From Deltaproteobacteria bacterium TL4 (GTDB lineage Bacteria > SAR324 > NAC60-12), in contig JBBCAX010000150.1 of NCBI GenBank assembly GCA_051382335.1, positions 1 to 64,000 on the forward strand: a stretch of DNA of 64,000 nucleotides, read 5' to 3'. The translations under genes were made by a program, and so were the position numbers. Positions 18,024-28,991 of this stretch are shown in pieces. A model generated the notes under the pieces. It was not told the DNA's origin. It did no database searches and saw only the letters and a program-made list of their open reading frames with translations. Positions within the stretch are counted from its first letter, which is position 1; each line of letters starts with the position of its first letter.

Positions 18024-19409
18024 TTATTGCTGTAGCGTGTCTAGAATGTAGTTCTGAACCGATTCCGCCCGTGCGGGGAGTACGTGGCATCGCGTGGGTT
18101 GCTGTTCCAGATTTGCCAGAACTTCGGGTAAAGCGGGAGCTTTGCCTATGGCTGTTTGCACCGCTTCTGAAAATTTAGCAGGGTGTGCGGTGCCTAAACA
18201 AATCACAGGCTCAGGAATGTTGGCTTTAATTGCCGCAGTGACACCGACTGCCGTATGAGGATCCAGAATATAGCCATAGTCCTGGTAAATATGGCTGATG
18301 GTTGCTAACGTTTCTTCTTCGCTCGCCCGTTCCGCCTGCATTTCCTGCTGCGCACGCTTCAGAAAGGAACCCTCCAGGGTGAGTTTCCCTGTCTTGTGAA
18401 AACTGGACATCCAGGACACCAATTGTTCAGAGGATTGTCCGCTGATATCAAAAAGAAAGCGCTCAAAATTACTGGAAATCTGAATATCCATGGAAGGACT
18501 CCACGTCGGATGAACAGTTTCAAGGTGGTATTGTCCCTGACGAAAAAAGCGATAGAGGATATCGTTGCGATTGGTGGCGACCATCAATTGATCTATAGGG
18601 AGACCCATTTTTTTGGCGTAGTATCCCGCCAAAATATCTCCAAAATTTCCTGTTGGGACTGAAAAATTCACTTTTTCAGAATCTTTCTTGGTCACTTGAA
18701 AGTAGGCGGAAAAATAATAAACAATTTGTGTTAAGATGCGTGCCCAGTTGATGGAGTTCACAGCACCCAGGCAGTATTTTTGTTTGAAGGGGAGGTCATT
18801 AAAAAGCGCCTTTACAATGGATTGCGCATCATCAAAAGAGCCTTCGACAGCAAGGTTGTGAATATTGCTATCCAGCACCGTAGTCATTTGGCGTTCTTGA
18901 ACAGGACTGACCCTGCCTTTAGGATGCAACATGAACACATCCACATTTTTTTTCCCTCGTAACCCGTAGATTGCGGCACTGCCTGTATCTCCGGAAGTTG
19001 CCCCCAATACGGTGAGACGATGCCCACGGCCCACAAGAAAATATTCAAACAAATTTCCCAAAAGTTGAAGCGCTACATCCTTAAACGCAAAGGTCGGTCC
19101 ATGAAACAACTCAAGCACATATCGTTTCCCAATCGAGACGACAGGCGTAATCTCAGGATGCGTGAAATTTGTATAACTTCGGTTAATTAATTGTTGTAAG
19201 TCAGCTTTTGAAATCTCGTCGCCAATAAAAAGAACTAAAATTTCATAACATAATTCCTGGAAGGTACAATCTCGCCATTGAGACATCGTGGAGTGAACGT
19301 CAGGAAAATCATGCGGAACCAGCAACCCTCCATCATCAGCCAATCCCATCATCACTGCGTCTTCAAAAGACAGTCCTTTTACCTGACCTCTCGTACTGAT
19401 ATATTGCAT
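18024..19409 (-). CDS. thrC: threonine synthase
   Basis: YISTRG, ELFHGPTFAFKDVALQ, ATSGDTG, NSINWAR, VPTGNFG and TAHPAKF. Confidence 0.97.
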   Translation of the reverse strand: MQYISTRGQVKGLSFEDAVMMGLADDGGLLVPHDFPDVHSTMSQWRDCTFQELCYEILVLFIGDEISKADLQQLINRSYTNFTHPEITPVVSIGKRYVLELFHGPTFAFKDVALQLLGNLFEYFLVGRGHRLTVLGATSGDTGSAAIYGLRGKKNVDVFMLHPKGRVSPVQERQMTTVLDSNIHNLAVEGSFDDAQSIVKALFNDLPFKQKYCLGAVNSINWARILTQIVYYFSAYFQVTKKDSEKVNFSVPTGNFGDILAGYYAKKMGLPIDQLMVATNRNDILYRFFRQGQYHLETVHPTWSPSMDIQISSNFERFLFDISGQSSEQLVSWMSSFHKTGKLTLEGSFLKRAQQEMQAERASEEETLATISHIYQDYGYILDPHTAVGVTAAIKANIPEPVICLGTAHPAKFSEAVQTAIGKAPALPEVLANLEQQPTRCHVLPARAESVQNYILDTLQQ

Positions 19410-19679
19410 AAACGCTTCATCCTTAAAAACAATGGTGAAAATTATTCGTCAGTGACGGGTTTTTTCCGTGAGCCATTATAAAGGAAAACTCATCACCGAT
19501 GATAAAATTAGAGTGGTGAAATTGATAAACAACTTGTGTTATTCTGTGTTTGCTACTACTTGATCATAGACTTAGTATTCATATTTACCTGAAATCATCA
19601 ATTCGAATAAATTCTGCTGAACTTACCTGCTTTGAGTATTTGTGCAAGACTCAATCTTTAATTTTGAAAAACCAAAGAA

Positions 19680-20210
19680 ATGACTCAAATTTTCATATTT
19701 ATTTTCTCAGTGTTGATCCTCCCTCATGTCGCAGTGGCTTTTCCTGTGATGCCTGAGTTGCAAGCCTATCATACCTTGGGGATACAGGGCAGCAGTTATA
19801 GCACTGGAGCCGTTGGGCTTTCCATCGATTTAAATAAACAGCCCGATGGCGGAAACCGGACCTTAAACCTCTTGGTCTTGAATATTCCCACGATGATGGC
19901 CGAACTCCGGACCAAAGTGGGCGGATGGTATTTGGATCAAGAAGGGAGGGGTGCAGAGATAGGGCTACAGGATTATTGGAAAAACAAGGATAAAGGCGCA
20001 ACGCTGGCTTATCGTTACCTTGAATGGCCTCGCGTCAGAAAAGGTGCGTCAATCCAAGGGGATGCGGTCTCTCATATCTTACATTTAGGCTGGAGTGCGG
20101 GAAAAATGGCCTTCATCACAACGTTCGGACTTGATTTTGCGTCAACTCACCTGCCCGATACTTTTTTTATTGAACCTCAATTAGCCATTGGCTTGAAATC
20201 CCAATTCTAA
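19680..20210 (+). CDS. hypothetical exported protein, possible small beta-barrel
   Basis: signal peptide (AVA-F), amphipathic beta-like segments, C-terminal Phe. Confidence 0.6.
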   Translation: MTQIFIFIFSVLILPHVAVAFPVMPELQAYHTLGIQGSSYSTGAVGLSIDLNKQPDGGNRTLNLLVLNIPTMMAELRTKVGGWYLDQEGRGAEIGLQDYWKNKDKGATLAYRYLEWPRVRKGASIQGDAVSHILHLGWSAGKMAFITTFGLDFASTHLPDTFFIEPQLAIGLKSQF

Positions 20211-20232
20211 AAGTGACACGGCTTCAATCCCT

Positions 20233-22635
20233 TTACGGTAAAAAGGAAATCTGTTCTTTGAGCCTACTTTTTTCTTTTTTGGTAAAGATGTAATCAGCTT
20301 TCATGATTTCAATGATTCGTGCGTGTTCTGTCCAGTTAAGAATTTCAGGTTCATCAAAGCCTGTAATCACAAGGAAAAATCTCCTCAAAATATTATGTGG
20401 CGTTTCTAGCGTTCTGGAAGTGAACCGTAAATAAGCGTCGCTGTAAGCCGGCCTTTCAAATTGTCGGGTTTCCTTGTTATACGGGTATTTCTGACCATGA
20501 GAGTCAAAAATACCGTATTGATTAAATTTCATGCCTAAAAAGTTTAGCAACAATTCTTTAACAGAATCACTCTCCAAAACAGCCATCCTATCGTCTTCTA
20601 CCTTGCGATTCCCTTCTTCGTAAGAACTCTCCAAAATATCGAGGTAATTAAAAAACGCATGGGTGTGGTCTAACGCTTCATGCAACATAAGACTTCTGTC
20701 CGTGTTCAAAGACTTACAGACGCTTTTGAGCCGAGCCATAATTTCTTGTGGAAAGGGGTCAAATATATTTTTTGTAGAGACGTTTTTTTTCTGTTTTTTC
20801 TGTTTTTTCTGTTTTTCCTGGAGTTGAGGGGGCGGCGTTTCGTTCTTCACAACCATAATTTCTTGAAGGGCTTTGGGTTGGGAGTCTGCAATTTTTTTGT
20901 GTTGAATTCGGGCTTTTATCGGTTCAATCATGCGTTGTAACTCATGGGCAAAACGTATTTCTTCTTGCACGTTCCTTAACAAAACATCCTCAATAAACCA
21001 GGTTTCCTGAAGAGCCGTCAGCGTCAGCGCTTTGAGGCTAGTCTCCGATTCTTGTCGTTTTTTTTCAAAAATCAGCAGCACTTGTTTCAGTTGTTCCCGT
21101 GGTGCTCGAGCGGGAATGGCTACAATCGTGTGGATCGTTTGTGAAATCGGTTGTAGCGCTGTAAGGATTAAAGAAAAACCATGGCTTACGTTCTCAATAT
21201 AAATGGAGGCCGTATTGATTTCAGCTTGGTTTTTGAAAGCGGATCTCAAAAGGCCTTTGATTTGATGCGCAGGAAGTTTTTTGTGCGGCCCTAACTGTTC
21301 AGTATACTCATCCAGCGTTTGATCATAGTCCAGAATACTCTGTCGGGCACGTTGAAGGAGCGTTATATTATTCATCATTCCCAACTCCACTGTCTTATGA
21401 AATAGTCCTGCTTTTTCAATAAATTGTTTCAGTTTTTGAAGCTCATCCTGATGCGAATCAAGAACCCGCAGACTTTTCTGGAGTAATCCATGAATACTTG
21501 AAAACGCTTTTTGCAGAAACTCAGAGGTTAAGGGGATTTGCGCGGATAGCTGAAACATCTTTCCAAAAGAAATTGAGAGATTGTGCAGAATGGCTCGCGC
21601 TTTCTGAAGATTGAGGTTGATTTGAAGTAAATTTTTCGAAAAATATTGAAGCAGTTGGAGCTCCCGACTTGTTTGTTTAACCATGCCTTGAATGGTGAGC
21701 CCTAACTGTGCTTCTTGCATCTCGGGAGGGATCTGTTTTAATGCCAGTTCATGTTTTGAAAAAAAATGCTGAGACTCTAAAGGCATGTATAACTCATACA
21801 ATCTGGCCAGCATTTCTTCATAGACATTGGATTCCACACCTTCAATACGTCGTAGTAGGGGCTCTTGCGTTTCATTTTTGTACTGTTGAATCAAGCGTTC
21901 AATGTTTTTTAGCAGTTCTAAAAAAGAGCATGGAGCAGACAACTGGGCGGTTTCTTTTTGTTTTAAAGCCCTCCATAAGGCACTGTCTTGTAATTGATAT
22001 AATTTGTTTAACAGTAGAAAATAAGGATTGATTACCGAAAGGCTTTTTACAGAAAAAATAAAATCGGTTTGGCTGAATTCCTCCTGCTTCTGTGTGAGTA
22101 ACTCCGGTACAAAGGATTGAAGTCGTTGATAAATAAGGCTGATGGTCTTTGCCTCCCGATCTTCAATCACAACGGGAAAGGGGATTTGTGGCCACTGACG
22201 CGCCCCTGTAGTCGCGTGATAGAGGTCTTGGACATTCTTCCAAGAAAGCAAAATCGTTTGATGAATTGTCATTCCTCGTGTTTCAACGAGACAGAGGCTG
22301 TTTTCTATGTAATGGTGAATGCAGGCATAAAGAAGGTGAATCTTATGAATCAACGACATGAAATAATGGGCCTGCATTTCAAAATGATGGGGGGTTTTAC
22401 TTTTTTGATTTAATGCCAAACAAACTTTATTGATTTCTGAAAGGACACAAAGTATTTCCGATTTTTGTTCCGCAGAAAGCCTGAGTCCGTATTCTTTCTG
22501 GAAAACCTCTTTGATGAATCGATTCATCTGATGAACTTGTTTTAAAGCCTGTTCTACCTGAGGTACCGGTTGGTGTTGGTTTTTCAAATTTGCTTGAACT
22601 TTTCGCAGTTGATTTTTTACATCTACTGGAGCCAA
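20233..22635 (-). CDS. large hypothetical helical/coiled-coil protein
   Basis: 800-aa open frame rich in L/Q/E/K; no recognised motif. Confidence 0.7.
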   Translation of the reverse strand: MAPVDVKNQLRKVQANLKNQHQPVPQVEQALKQVHQMNRFIKEVFQKEYGLRLSAEQKSEILCVLSEINKVCLALNQKSKTPHHFEMQAHYFMSLIHKIHLLYACIHHYIENSLCLVETRGMTIHQTILLSWKNVQDLYHATTGARQWPQIPFPVVIEDREAKTISLIYQRLQSFVPELLTQKQEEFSQTDFIFSVKSLSVINPYFLLLNKLYQLQDSALWRALKQKETAQLSAPCSFLELLKNIERLIQQYKNETQEPLLRRIEGVESNVYEEMLARLYELYMPLESQHFFSKHELALKQIPPEMQEAQLGLTIQGMVKQTSRELQLLQYFSKNLLQINLNLQKARAILHNLSISFGKMFQLSAQIPLTSEFLQKAFSSIHGLLQKSLRVLDSHQDELQKLKQFIEKAGLFHKTVELGMMNNITLLQRARQSILDYDQTLDEYTEQLGPHKKLPAHQIKGLLRSAFKNQAEINTASIYIENVSHGFSLILTALQPISQTIHTIVAIPARAPREQLKQVLLIFEKKRQESETSLKALTLTALQETWFIEDVLLRNVQEEIRFAHELQRMIEPIKARIQHKKIADSQPKALQEIMVVKNETPPPQLQEKQKKQKKQKKNVSTKNIFDPFPQEIMARLKSVCKSLNTDRSLMLHEALDHTHAFFNYLDILESSYEEGNRKVEDDRMAVLESDSVKELLLNFLGMKFNQYGIFDSHGQKYPYNKETRQFERPAYSDAYLRFTSRTLETPHNILRRFFLVITGFDEPEILNWTEHARIIEIMKADYIFTKKEKSRLKEQISFLP
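20785..20820. repeat. 9-bp tandem repeat (encodes QEKQKKQKKQKK)
   Basis: TTTTTTCTG three times plus one imperfect copy. Confidence 0.7.
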
Positions 22636-23050
22636 TGGAACCTCTTATTGCTTAGGAACGATCAAAAATTAACAGACTCAATATCTTGCCTACGTTGCGT
22701 TAAATAGGAAACCTGCTCTTTTATGATACTTTGTTCTCTTTTAGTAAAGATAAAATTGGCTTTTTCAAAAGTAACAAATAATAAAGGACTCCCGGCAGGG
22801 TTTTGAGCGCGAGTAAATAATCCGATGGCTGATAACCGCTAATAAATTGTAATAACAGAACTTGCGTCTTTATCTTCGATCATTACAATTCACACGGAAC
22901 AGTTTCAACTGTCCATGATTTTTAAACTTATGGTACGATTCCCCTGTGATGTAACCTCTCATCAATAAAAAATTGGAGGATTATGCCCCCATTTGTCTTT
23001 CCCTCTCGCCCACAACAATAGGAACCTCATTCAAAACATTAGGGACTGCT

Positions 23051-24946
23051 ATGAAAAACCTACTGGATACTGTGTCACAACCTGAAGCTATTCAACACTT
23101 TACTCAAAAAGAGTTAGTTCAACTGGCGCAAGAATGCAGAGAACGGATTATCGAGGTTACCAGTCAGCGTGGCGGACATTTGGCTTCCTCATTGGGCACA
23201 TTGGAAATTACGATTGCCTTGTTTAAAGTGTTTGACTTCCGTTCCGATCGTGTCGTTTGGGATGTTGGACACCAGGCCTATGCCCATAAACTTCTTAGCG
23301 GAAGAAATAAAAATTTTGATACCTTGAGTTTGAAAGGCGGCGTAAAAAAATTCCTTTCCCGTGACGAAAGTGCTTATGATCATTTTGGGGCAGGTCATGC
23401 TTCCACTTCAATTTCTGCGGCCTTGGGAATGGCCATTGGCCGTGATTTGTTAAAAGAAAAACATCATGTGATCGCGGTCATTGGTGATGGGTCCTTAACA
23501 GGAGGATTAGCCTTTGAAGGCTTAAATCATAATGGCTATCTTGAAAAAGATATGATTGTGATTCTTAATGATAATGGAATGGGGATTGATCCGAATGTCG
23601 GGGCGCTTTCCAGGATGATAACACACGTCGCGTCCTCAAGTTCTTATAATCGGTTTAAAGCCAAAACGTGGGAGTTGGCTGGAAAATCATCTTATGCCCA
23701 TACCCTAAGAAAGGGGCTTCGTCGAATCAAGGCCTCTTTGAAACTATTCCTCACGCCCGGATTGTTTTTTGACCAACTCGGGTGGCGTTATTTTGGTCCT
23801 GTTGATGGACACAATCTTCAGGAATTGGTTGATTTACTGGAGCATGTCAAAAAGCTGAAGGGTCCCATCGTGATCCATGCGTTGACTCAAAAAGGCAAAG
23901 GCTACTCGTTTGCGGAAAATGATGCTTATAAATATCATGGGGTTTCCCCGTTTGTTCCTGAAAGTGGGGAATTTATCCAGTCGCCCTCACAGGAGACCGG
24001 GCAACAGAGTTATTCCACGGTATATGGTGAGAAGCTGGAAGAACTTATGGAAAAGGACTCCCGCGTTGTCGCCATCAGTGCGGCCATGATGAGTGGGACA
24101 GGGATCATTAGTTTAAAGAAAAAATTTCCTGACCGCGTCCTGGATTGCGGTATTGCCGAAGGACATGCGGTTACCTCAGCGGCTGGTATGGCTACCACGG
24201 GATTAAAGCCCTTTGTGACCATCTACTCTACATTCATGCAGCGCGCTTTTGACCATATCATCCATGATGTCGCGTTGCAGCGTCTTCCTGTTCGTTTCAT
24301 GATGGATCGGGGTGGCTTGGTAGGAGCCGACGGCCCCACACACCACGGAGTCTATGATCTGAGTTATATGCGGATGATTCCGGGAATGACCATCCTCGTT
24401 CCTCAAAATGGAACGGAGTTGCGAGCCATGATGGATTTTGCGCACCATCATGAGAGTGGCCCGATTTCGATACGTTATCCGCGAGGGAACACAGATCCGA
24501 ATGATAAAACAAAATTCCCCCCTATTGAAATGGGTAAGGCTCATGTTATCAAAAAAGGCAATGATATTGCTTTCTTCGCGGTGGGGGTCATGGTAGAAAA
24601 CGCAAAAAAAGCGGCGGAATTATTAGAAAAACAAGGTTTGTCTGTCGCGGTCATCAACGCGCGCTTTGTTAAACCTTTAGACCGGCAAATCCTCAGGGAC
24701 TATGCTGCTAAAGTTCAATTGCTGGTAACTTTGGAAGATAACACCCTCCTGGGCGGCTTTGGAAGCGGGGTTCTGGAAGAATTGAGCCAACTGAAACTTT
24801 CACCTCAGACGCTGGTATTCGGTGTGCCCGATCAATTCATCGAGCAAGGCACATTGGCAGAGCAGCAAGAAGACGCGGGGTTAAGCGTTGACCAAATAGT
24901 GACTCGTGTGTTGAATCGCATGACTCCAGCCCCTAAGCAACTATGA
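23051..24946 (+). CDS. dxs: 1-deoxy-D-xylulose-5-phosphate synthase
   Basis: GGHLASSLG, WDVGHQAY, GHASTSISAA, GDGSLTGG...NDN, GIAEGHAV and DGPTHHG; ATG 23051 preferred to TTG 22973. Confidence 0.97.
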   Translation: MKNLLDTVSQPEAIQHFTQKELVQLAQECRERIIEVTSQRGGHLASSLGTLEITIALFKVFDFRSDRVVWDVGHQAYAHKLLSGRNKNFDTLSLKGGVKKFLSRDESAYDHFGAGHASTSISAALGMAIGRDLLKEKHHVIAVIGDGSLTGGLAFEGLNHNGYLEKDMIVILNDNGMGIDPNVGALSRMITHVASSSSYNRFKAKTWELAGKSSYAHTLRKGLRRIKASLKLFLTPGLFFDQLGWRYFGPVDGHNLQELVDLLEHVKKLKGPIVIHALTQKGKGYSFAENDAYKYHGVSPFVPESGEFIQSPSQETGQQSYSTVYGEKLEELMEKDSRVVAISAAMMSGTGIISLKKKFPDRVLDCGIAEGHAVTSAAGMATTGLKPFVTIYSTFMQRAFDHIIHDVALQRLPVRFMMDRGGLVGADGPTHHGVYDLSYMRMIPGMTILVPQNGTELRAMMDFAHHHESGPISIRYPRGNTDPNDKTKFPPIEMGKAHVIKKGNDIAFFAVGVMVENAKKAAELLEKQGLSVAVINARFVKPLDRQILRDYAAKVQLLVTLEDNTLLGGFGSGVLEELSQLKLSPQTLVFGVPDQFIEQGTLAEQQEDAGLSVDQIVTRVLNRMTPAPKQL

Positions 24947-24971
24947 AACCCGTAAAGCACGGGCTTGGCGT

Positions 24972-26672
24972 TTAATTTTCAATTTTAAATTGAGAGACGG
25001 ATGCTATCAGGGAGTTGGAATATTCTTGTAACCCTCTGACCGCGAGATCCTGAGCCAGCACTACATCTTTAATTCCTGTGGTGGTGGTGGCATTCGTTTT
25101 GGAAAGTTCTCTCAACAAGGTGATTTCAATAAAGGCCTCATGAACCAAATCGCTCTGCTCTTGTGCCGCCTGAGTGATTTGAATCACACTTTCTGTCGAG
25201 GCGTGAACCAGATCACTCACCTCATTCAGAATGGTCTGTACTTCCCGTACCGCGCTTTTCCCTTCTTCAACTCTTGACGCACTCTCTGTAATCAAGGACT
25301 GGATGTTCAAGGTCGCATTAGTCGAACGTTCCGCCAATTCACGCACATGTTGGGCAACCACCGCAAAGCCTTTTCCATGCTCCCCTGCTTTTGCCGCTTC
25401 AATGGCGGCATTCAACGATAGTAAATTGGTTTGCTTGGCAATTCCTCGAATGTCACCAAGAATCCCTCCGATCTTTTGGGTACTTTCATCAATCAACTTC
25501 ATGCTTCCCACCAGATTCGCCATGCTGTCGACTCCCTTTTCAACCAGGCTTTCCATTTCCCTTGAACGTTTTGTGGTGTGAGTCGCATTTTCGACAATCG
25601 CGGTACTCGCTGTATCAAGATGTGTGATTTGCTGATTAATACTCTCGATACTTTCATCTTCTCTTCCAAGGGTATGAGCAATCGTTTGGGAATTGGCCAA
25701 TGTTTTTTCAGAAGAGGCCACTAACTCTGTTGTGGACTCATTGACCAAACCTGAAATTTGGGCAATGATTCTGACGATGTTGTAAACTTGAAGCAAAAAC
25801 CGATTAAAATAAATGCTCACTTCTCCCAGATCATCTCGTGTCTCTACATAGAGGCGCTTTGTCAGATCTCCATCCCCTGAAGAAATTTCCGCCAGGGCTG
25901 TTGAAAGTTGTTTGACAGGTGCAAACAAAAGTTTGAGGCTTTCAACCAAACAGTAGGAAAAAACGCCCATCAACATAACAAAAGCGGAGACTAACCTCAG
26001 TAAAATCAGTTGTCCTGAATTTAACCATTCCGGTAACTCCGGTTTTTCCAGGATGCTGATCAAATAGGCGGCGTCGATCATATACAAAATACAAAATCCC
26101 AAGGGCAAAATCGTGTTAAGAATCATTCTTTTTTTCAAAGAAGCATAGTTGATCTCGGTATGTCGACGAACCACTTTTTCTACACTGATATACCCCAGCA
26201 GGATGATGAAATAAGTGAGCGTAATCATATGTGCCGGGACAGAAAAGGCAATTTCAGGGGTAAACAAGCCCCCAAGAACCAGGCGTACGATACCAAACAC
26301 AAAACCGATGGCCATCAGGGTACTGGAAACTTTTATCACTTTGCTGGGTAATCGGAAAATATTTTCAGGGGTGACTTTGCAGAAATATTGGAAATAGAGA
26401 ACCAGATAAACCACGGTGATCAGAGCCGGTCCACTAAAAAACCAGGCATCCCATAAGGATTGGGTTTCTTGGGCAAAATAATTTCCCCTTAGAAAGGCCG
26501 GAAGAATTGTTTGAGAAAGTGCTGCGCTTGAAAGGGTTCCACAAACCGGAATGATGAAGACTGTACCTAAAAAGTGTTTCCATGCCAGTAATGCGCCTAA
26601 TTCTCGTTTGCGACGAGTGAAAAAGAACATTCCAATCATGCACAAAATGACAAAAACTAAAATTTGCTTCAT
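24972..26672 (-). CDS. methyl-accepting chemotaxis protein with a multi-TM N-terminus
   Basis: several TM helices, HAMP (GDGDLTKRL...DDLGEV) and [27 protein letters not shown]. Confidence 0.93.
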   Translation of the reverse strand: MKQILVFVILCMIGMFFFTRRKRELGALLAWKHFLGTVFIIPVCGTLSSAALSQTILPAFLRGNYFAQETQSLWDAWFFSGPALITVVYLVLYFQYFCKVTPENIFRLPSKVIKVSSTLMAIGFVFGIVRLVLGGLFTPEIAFSVPAHMITLTYFIILLGYISVEKVVRRHTEINYASLKKRMILNTILPLGFCILYMIDAAYLISILEKPELPEWLNSGQLILLRLVSAFVMLMGVFSYCLVESLKLLFAPVKQLSTALAEISSGDGDLTKRLYVETRDDLGEVSIYFNRFLLQVYNIVRIIAQISGLVNESTTELVASSEKTLANSQTIAHTLGREDESIESINQQITHLDTASTAIVENATHTTKRSREMESLVEKGVDSMANLVGSMKLIDESTQKIGGILGDIRGIAKQTNLLSLNAAIEAAKAGEHGKGFAVVAQHVRELAERSTNATLNIQSLITESASRVEEGKSAVREVQTILNEVSDLVHASTESVIQITQAAQEQSDLVHEAFIEITLLRELSKTNATTTTGIKDVVLAQDLAVRGLQEYSNSLIASVSQFKIEN

Positions 26673-26992
26673 TTCGAATCTCCTGGATTATATTGAAGAG
26701 AGCAATGCAAATTTTTCCTATTCCATTCCTCACCGGTACTTTTTGCACTTTTACAATTCATGTGCCAAAATGGGTCACTACCTATACTTCTATTAGAGTA
26801 AACTGATTTTTTAGCAGAAATAGGGTGAAATGGGAAAAAATTGGTATATTTGTTTTACAATATACCACTTCTGCATGAATTTTGCTTGTTACTTTTTAGC
26901 CGGGTCGTCCGGCAAGAACGGGTTGCATTGGAAGCAGCCGCATCGTTTTTGTACCTCACATTTTTCTGGATCTTTAGCAAGGGAAAAGAGCC

Positions 26993-27298
26993 ATGTCTAA
27001 CGATTTGTTGACCCGCTTGGGTGAAAAAATTCAAAGTGCTGTTGAAACAATAGAGTTACTTAAACTCGAAAATGAAGAACTTAAAGCAGAAAATGCCGCA
27101 TTAGCCTCAGAAAAAGAAGAGTGGGACGCTAAGCTGACCGCATTGATTGATCAATTCGAAAGTTTGGAGGATGTGGAAGAATCCAAAGTTTCTGATTTTG
27201 AGGAAGAACAGGAATCAGAAGAGTTCTCTGCTGAGTATGAAGAAGAAGGAGAGTTTTTGGAAGAAGAGGAAGAATCTATGGAAACCCTTTCCGCATAA
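26993..27298 (+). CDS. zapB: cell-division protein ZapB-like, with acidic C-terminal tail
   Basis: LGEKIQSAVETIELLKLENEELK...W..KL..L matches the ZapB coiled coil. Confidence 0.75.
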   Translation: MSNDLLTRLGEKIQSAVETIELLKLENEELKAENAALASEKEEWDAKLTALIDQFESLEDVEESKVSDFEEEQESEEFSAEYEEEGEFLEEEEESMETLSA

Positions 27299-27317
27299 CT
27301 TTTTTTACGTGTAACTC

Positions 27318-28991
27318 ATGGCAGGGGTCTCTGCCATGAATACAAGGACTACCAAAGTGTTAGTTTCTAAGGAACGCTCCCCATACCTATCTTTCCTGGG
27401 ATTATTGGCTCTCGGGGTCGTTTTTGTCGCACTGGTTGTTCCTGCCTCTGTCCATGCGCGTCCTGAAATTGGCATCATGCCTGTTCATGTGATCTATCCC
27501 GCAAGTGAAAATCAATGGGTTGGTGTTTTCATTCAAGAGGAGCTCACGCGACAATTCACTATGTCTCAACAGTTTTCGATACTTCCCGCTGAGGTCATGA
27601 GGTACTGGTATAAAAAGCTCAAAGTCTCTTTTGACGAGAAATACCAGAGGGAGCATTTCCATCAAATGCGATTGAAAATCCTTGTTGTTGCCGGACTCCA
27701 AAAAGTTTTAAAACGAACCTCCCTTCAAATTCAGGTTCACACACTCCATAACAATCAGGTACTTCAGTCGAGTTCTCAGGCAACTCATCCCTGGAACCCT
27801 CCGGATCAATTTTTTACGAGTCTGTTTGCTCAACTCGCGAAAGAACATCCCGCGTTGGAGAAGCTTCAGTACCACCCTCAAAATTTCACATGGGAGGGGT
27901 TGAAAGCCTTTTACAACTGGAAAGCCTTACTCACTCAGAACACAAAACCACTGGATTGGAGTTATCAAAAGCAACAACTGGAACTGCTTGAGTTTAATGA
28001 TCCTTCCTTGAAACCATTAACTCAAAGCACACTGGCCAAGCTTTTGATTTCTGAAAGTACCGCCTCCCAACCGCTAAAAGTCGCTTTATTAGAACAAGCT
28101 GAAGATGCGCTCAAAAACGTCTTGTCCCTCAACACCGATGATGACGAAGCTCATACTTTATCGGCCCTGATTCTTTACTTAAAAAACGAAAAAAATCTCG
28201 CAAAAGCCGAAGTCGTGGTTGCGAATGCGCAAAATCCCTACAATGGTTTAGCCTGGGTGATGTATGGCATTACGATTGGTAAACGTTATGAGGATGGAGA
28301 ACGGTTTATCCAAACAGGTCTCAAACTTTATCCCTTTCATCTCCTGGTCAAGAGCAATATTCATCCCTTTTATAACCTCATTCCCAAATTGCAATCCTGG
28401 ATTTCCGTTGAAGAATCCGCGGAGTCTCAGGAGTACCAACAATGGATCAAAGAAGGTCAGGCCCTTTTCTCTCAGCACCAGTGGAAATTAGCGGAAGATC
28501 AGTTTCAAAAAGCGCATCAGGCCTTTCCTTTACAATTGGAACCCCAGATTCTCACGGTTAGAACCTTCATCCAGCAAAACCGTTACGCTGATGCTTTAAA
28601 GCTCTTAAATCAACTTCAGGAGAAATATCCTGAAAATGATCAAATTGTTTATTATCAGGGAGTGATCCAGGAACAACTCCAGTATTATACGGAAGCGGAA
28701 AGTTATTATCGTAAAGCCTTACATCTTAAGGCAGAAAATCCCAAAACTTTATTACGACTCGCCGCTATTTTAGTTAAAACCAAGCGTTATGAAGAAGCAC
28801 AAAGTTTTTTGGAAAGTTTAACTCGAAAATATCCGACTTATGTGGCAGGATGGGGGGCCTTAGGTCAGCTATACAAAAAGTTGGAAATGTTGGACAAAGC
28901 ACAGGCCGCCTTTGAAGAAGCCCTACGTCTTGATCCTGAAAACAGTAAAATTCAAAAGAACCTGGAAGTAATTGAAACCCAAACCGATTAA
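27318..28991 (+). CDS. exported TPR-repeat protein
   Basis: signal/TM segment ending VHA; several C-terminal TPRs (AQAAFEEALRLDPEN). Confidence 0.82.
   Translation: MAGVSAMNTRTTKVLVSKERSPYLSFLGLLALGVVFVALVVPASVHARPEIGIMPVHVIYPASENQWVGVFIQEELTRQFTMSQQFSILPAEVMRYWYKKLKVSFDEKYQREHFHQMRLKILVVAGLQKVLKRTSLQIQVHTLHNNQVLQSSSQATHPWNPPDQFFTSLFAQLAKEHPALEKLQYHPQNFTWEGLKAFYNWKALLTQNTKPLDWSYQKQQLELLEFNDPSLKPLTQSTLAKLLISESTASQPLKVALLEQAEDALKNVLSLNTDDDEAHTLSALILYLKNEKNLAKAEVVVANAQNPYNGLAWVMYGITIGKRYEDGERFIQTGLKLYPFHLLVKSNIHPFYNLIPKLQSWISVEESAESQEYQQWIKEGQALFSQHQWKLAEDQFQKAHQAFPLQLEPQILTVRTFIQQNRYADALKLLNQLQEKYPENDQIVYYQGVIQEQLQYYTEAESYYRKALHLKAENPKTLLRLAAILVKTKRYEEAQSFLESLTRKYPTYVAGWGALGQLYKKLEMLDKAQAAFEEALRLDPENSKIQKNLEVIETQTD

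Noticed and set aside
22780..22900. Possible riboswitch (fluoride, TPP or c-di-GMP) upstream of dxs
   Set aside because: Only fragments such as GATGG and AACCGC; the required stems could not be formed
26915..26945. GGAAGCAGCC as possible SRP RNA, or 6S RNA near zapB
   Set aside because: Lacks the upstream CAGG..GNRA helix-8 context and any long rod structure; only short hairpins
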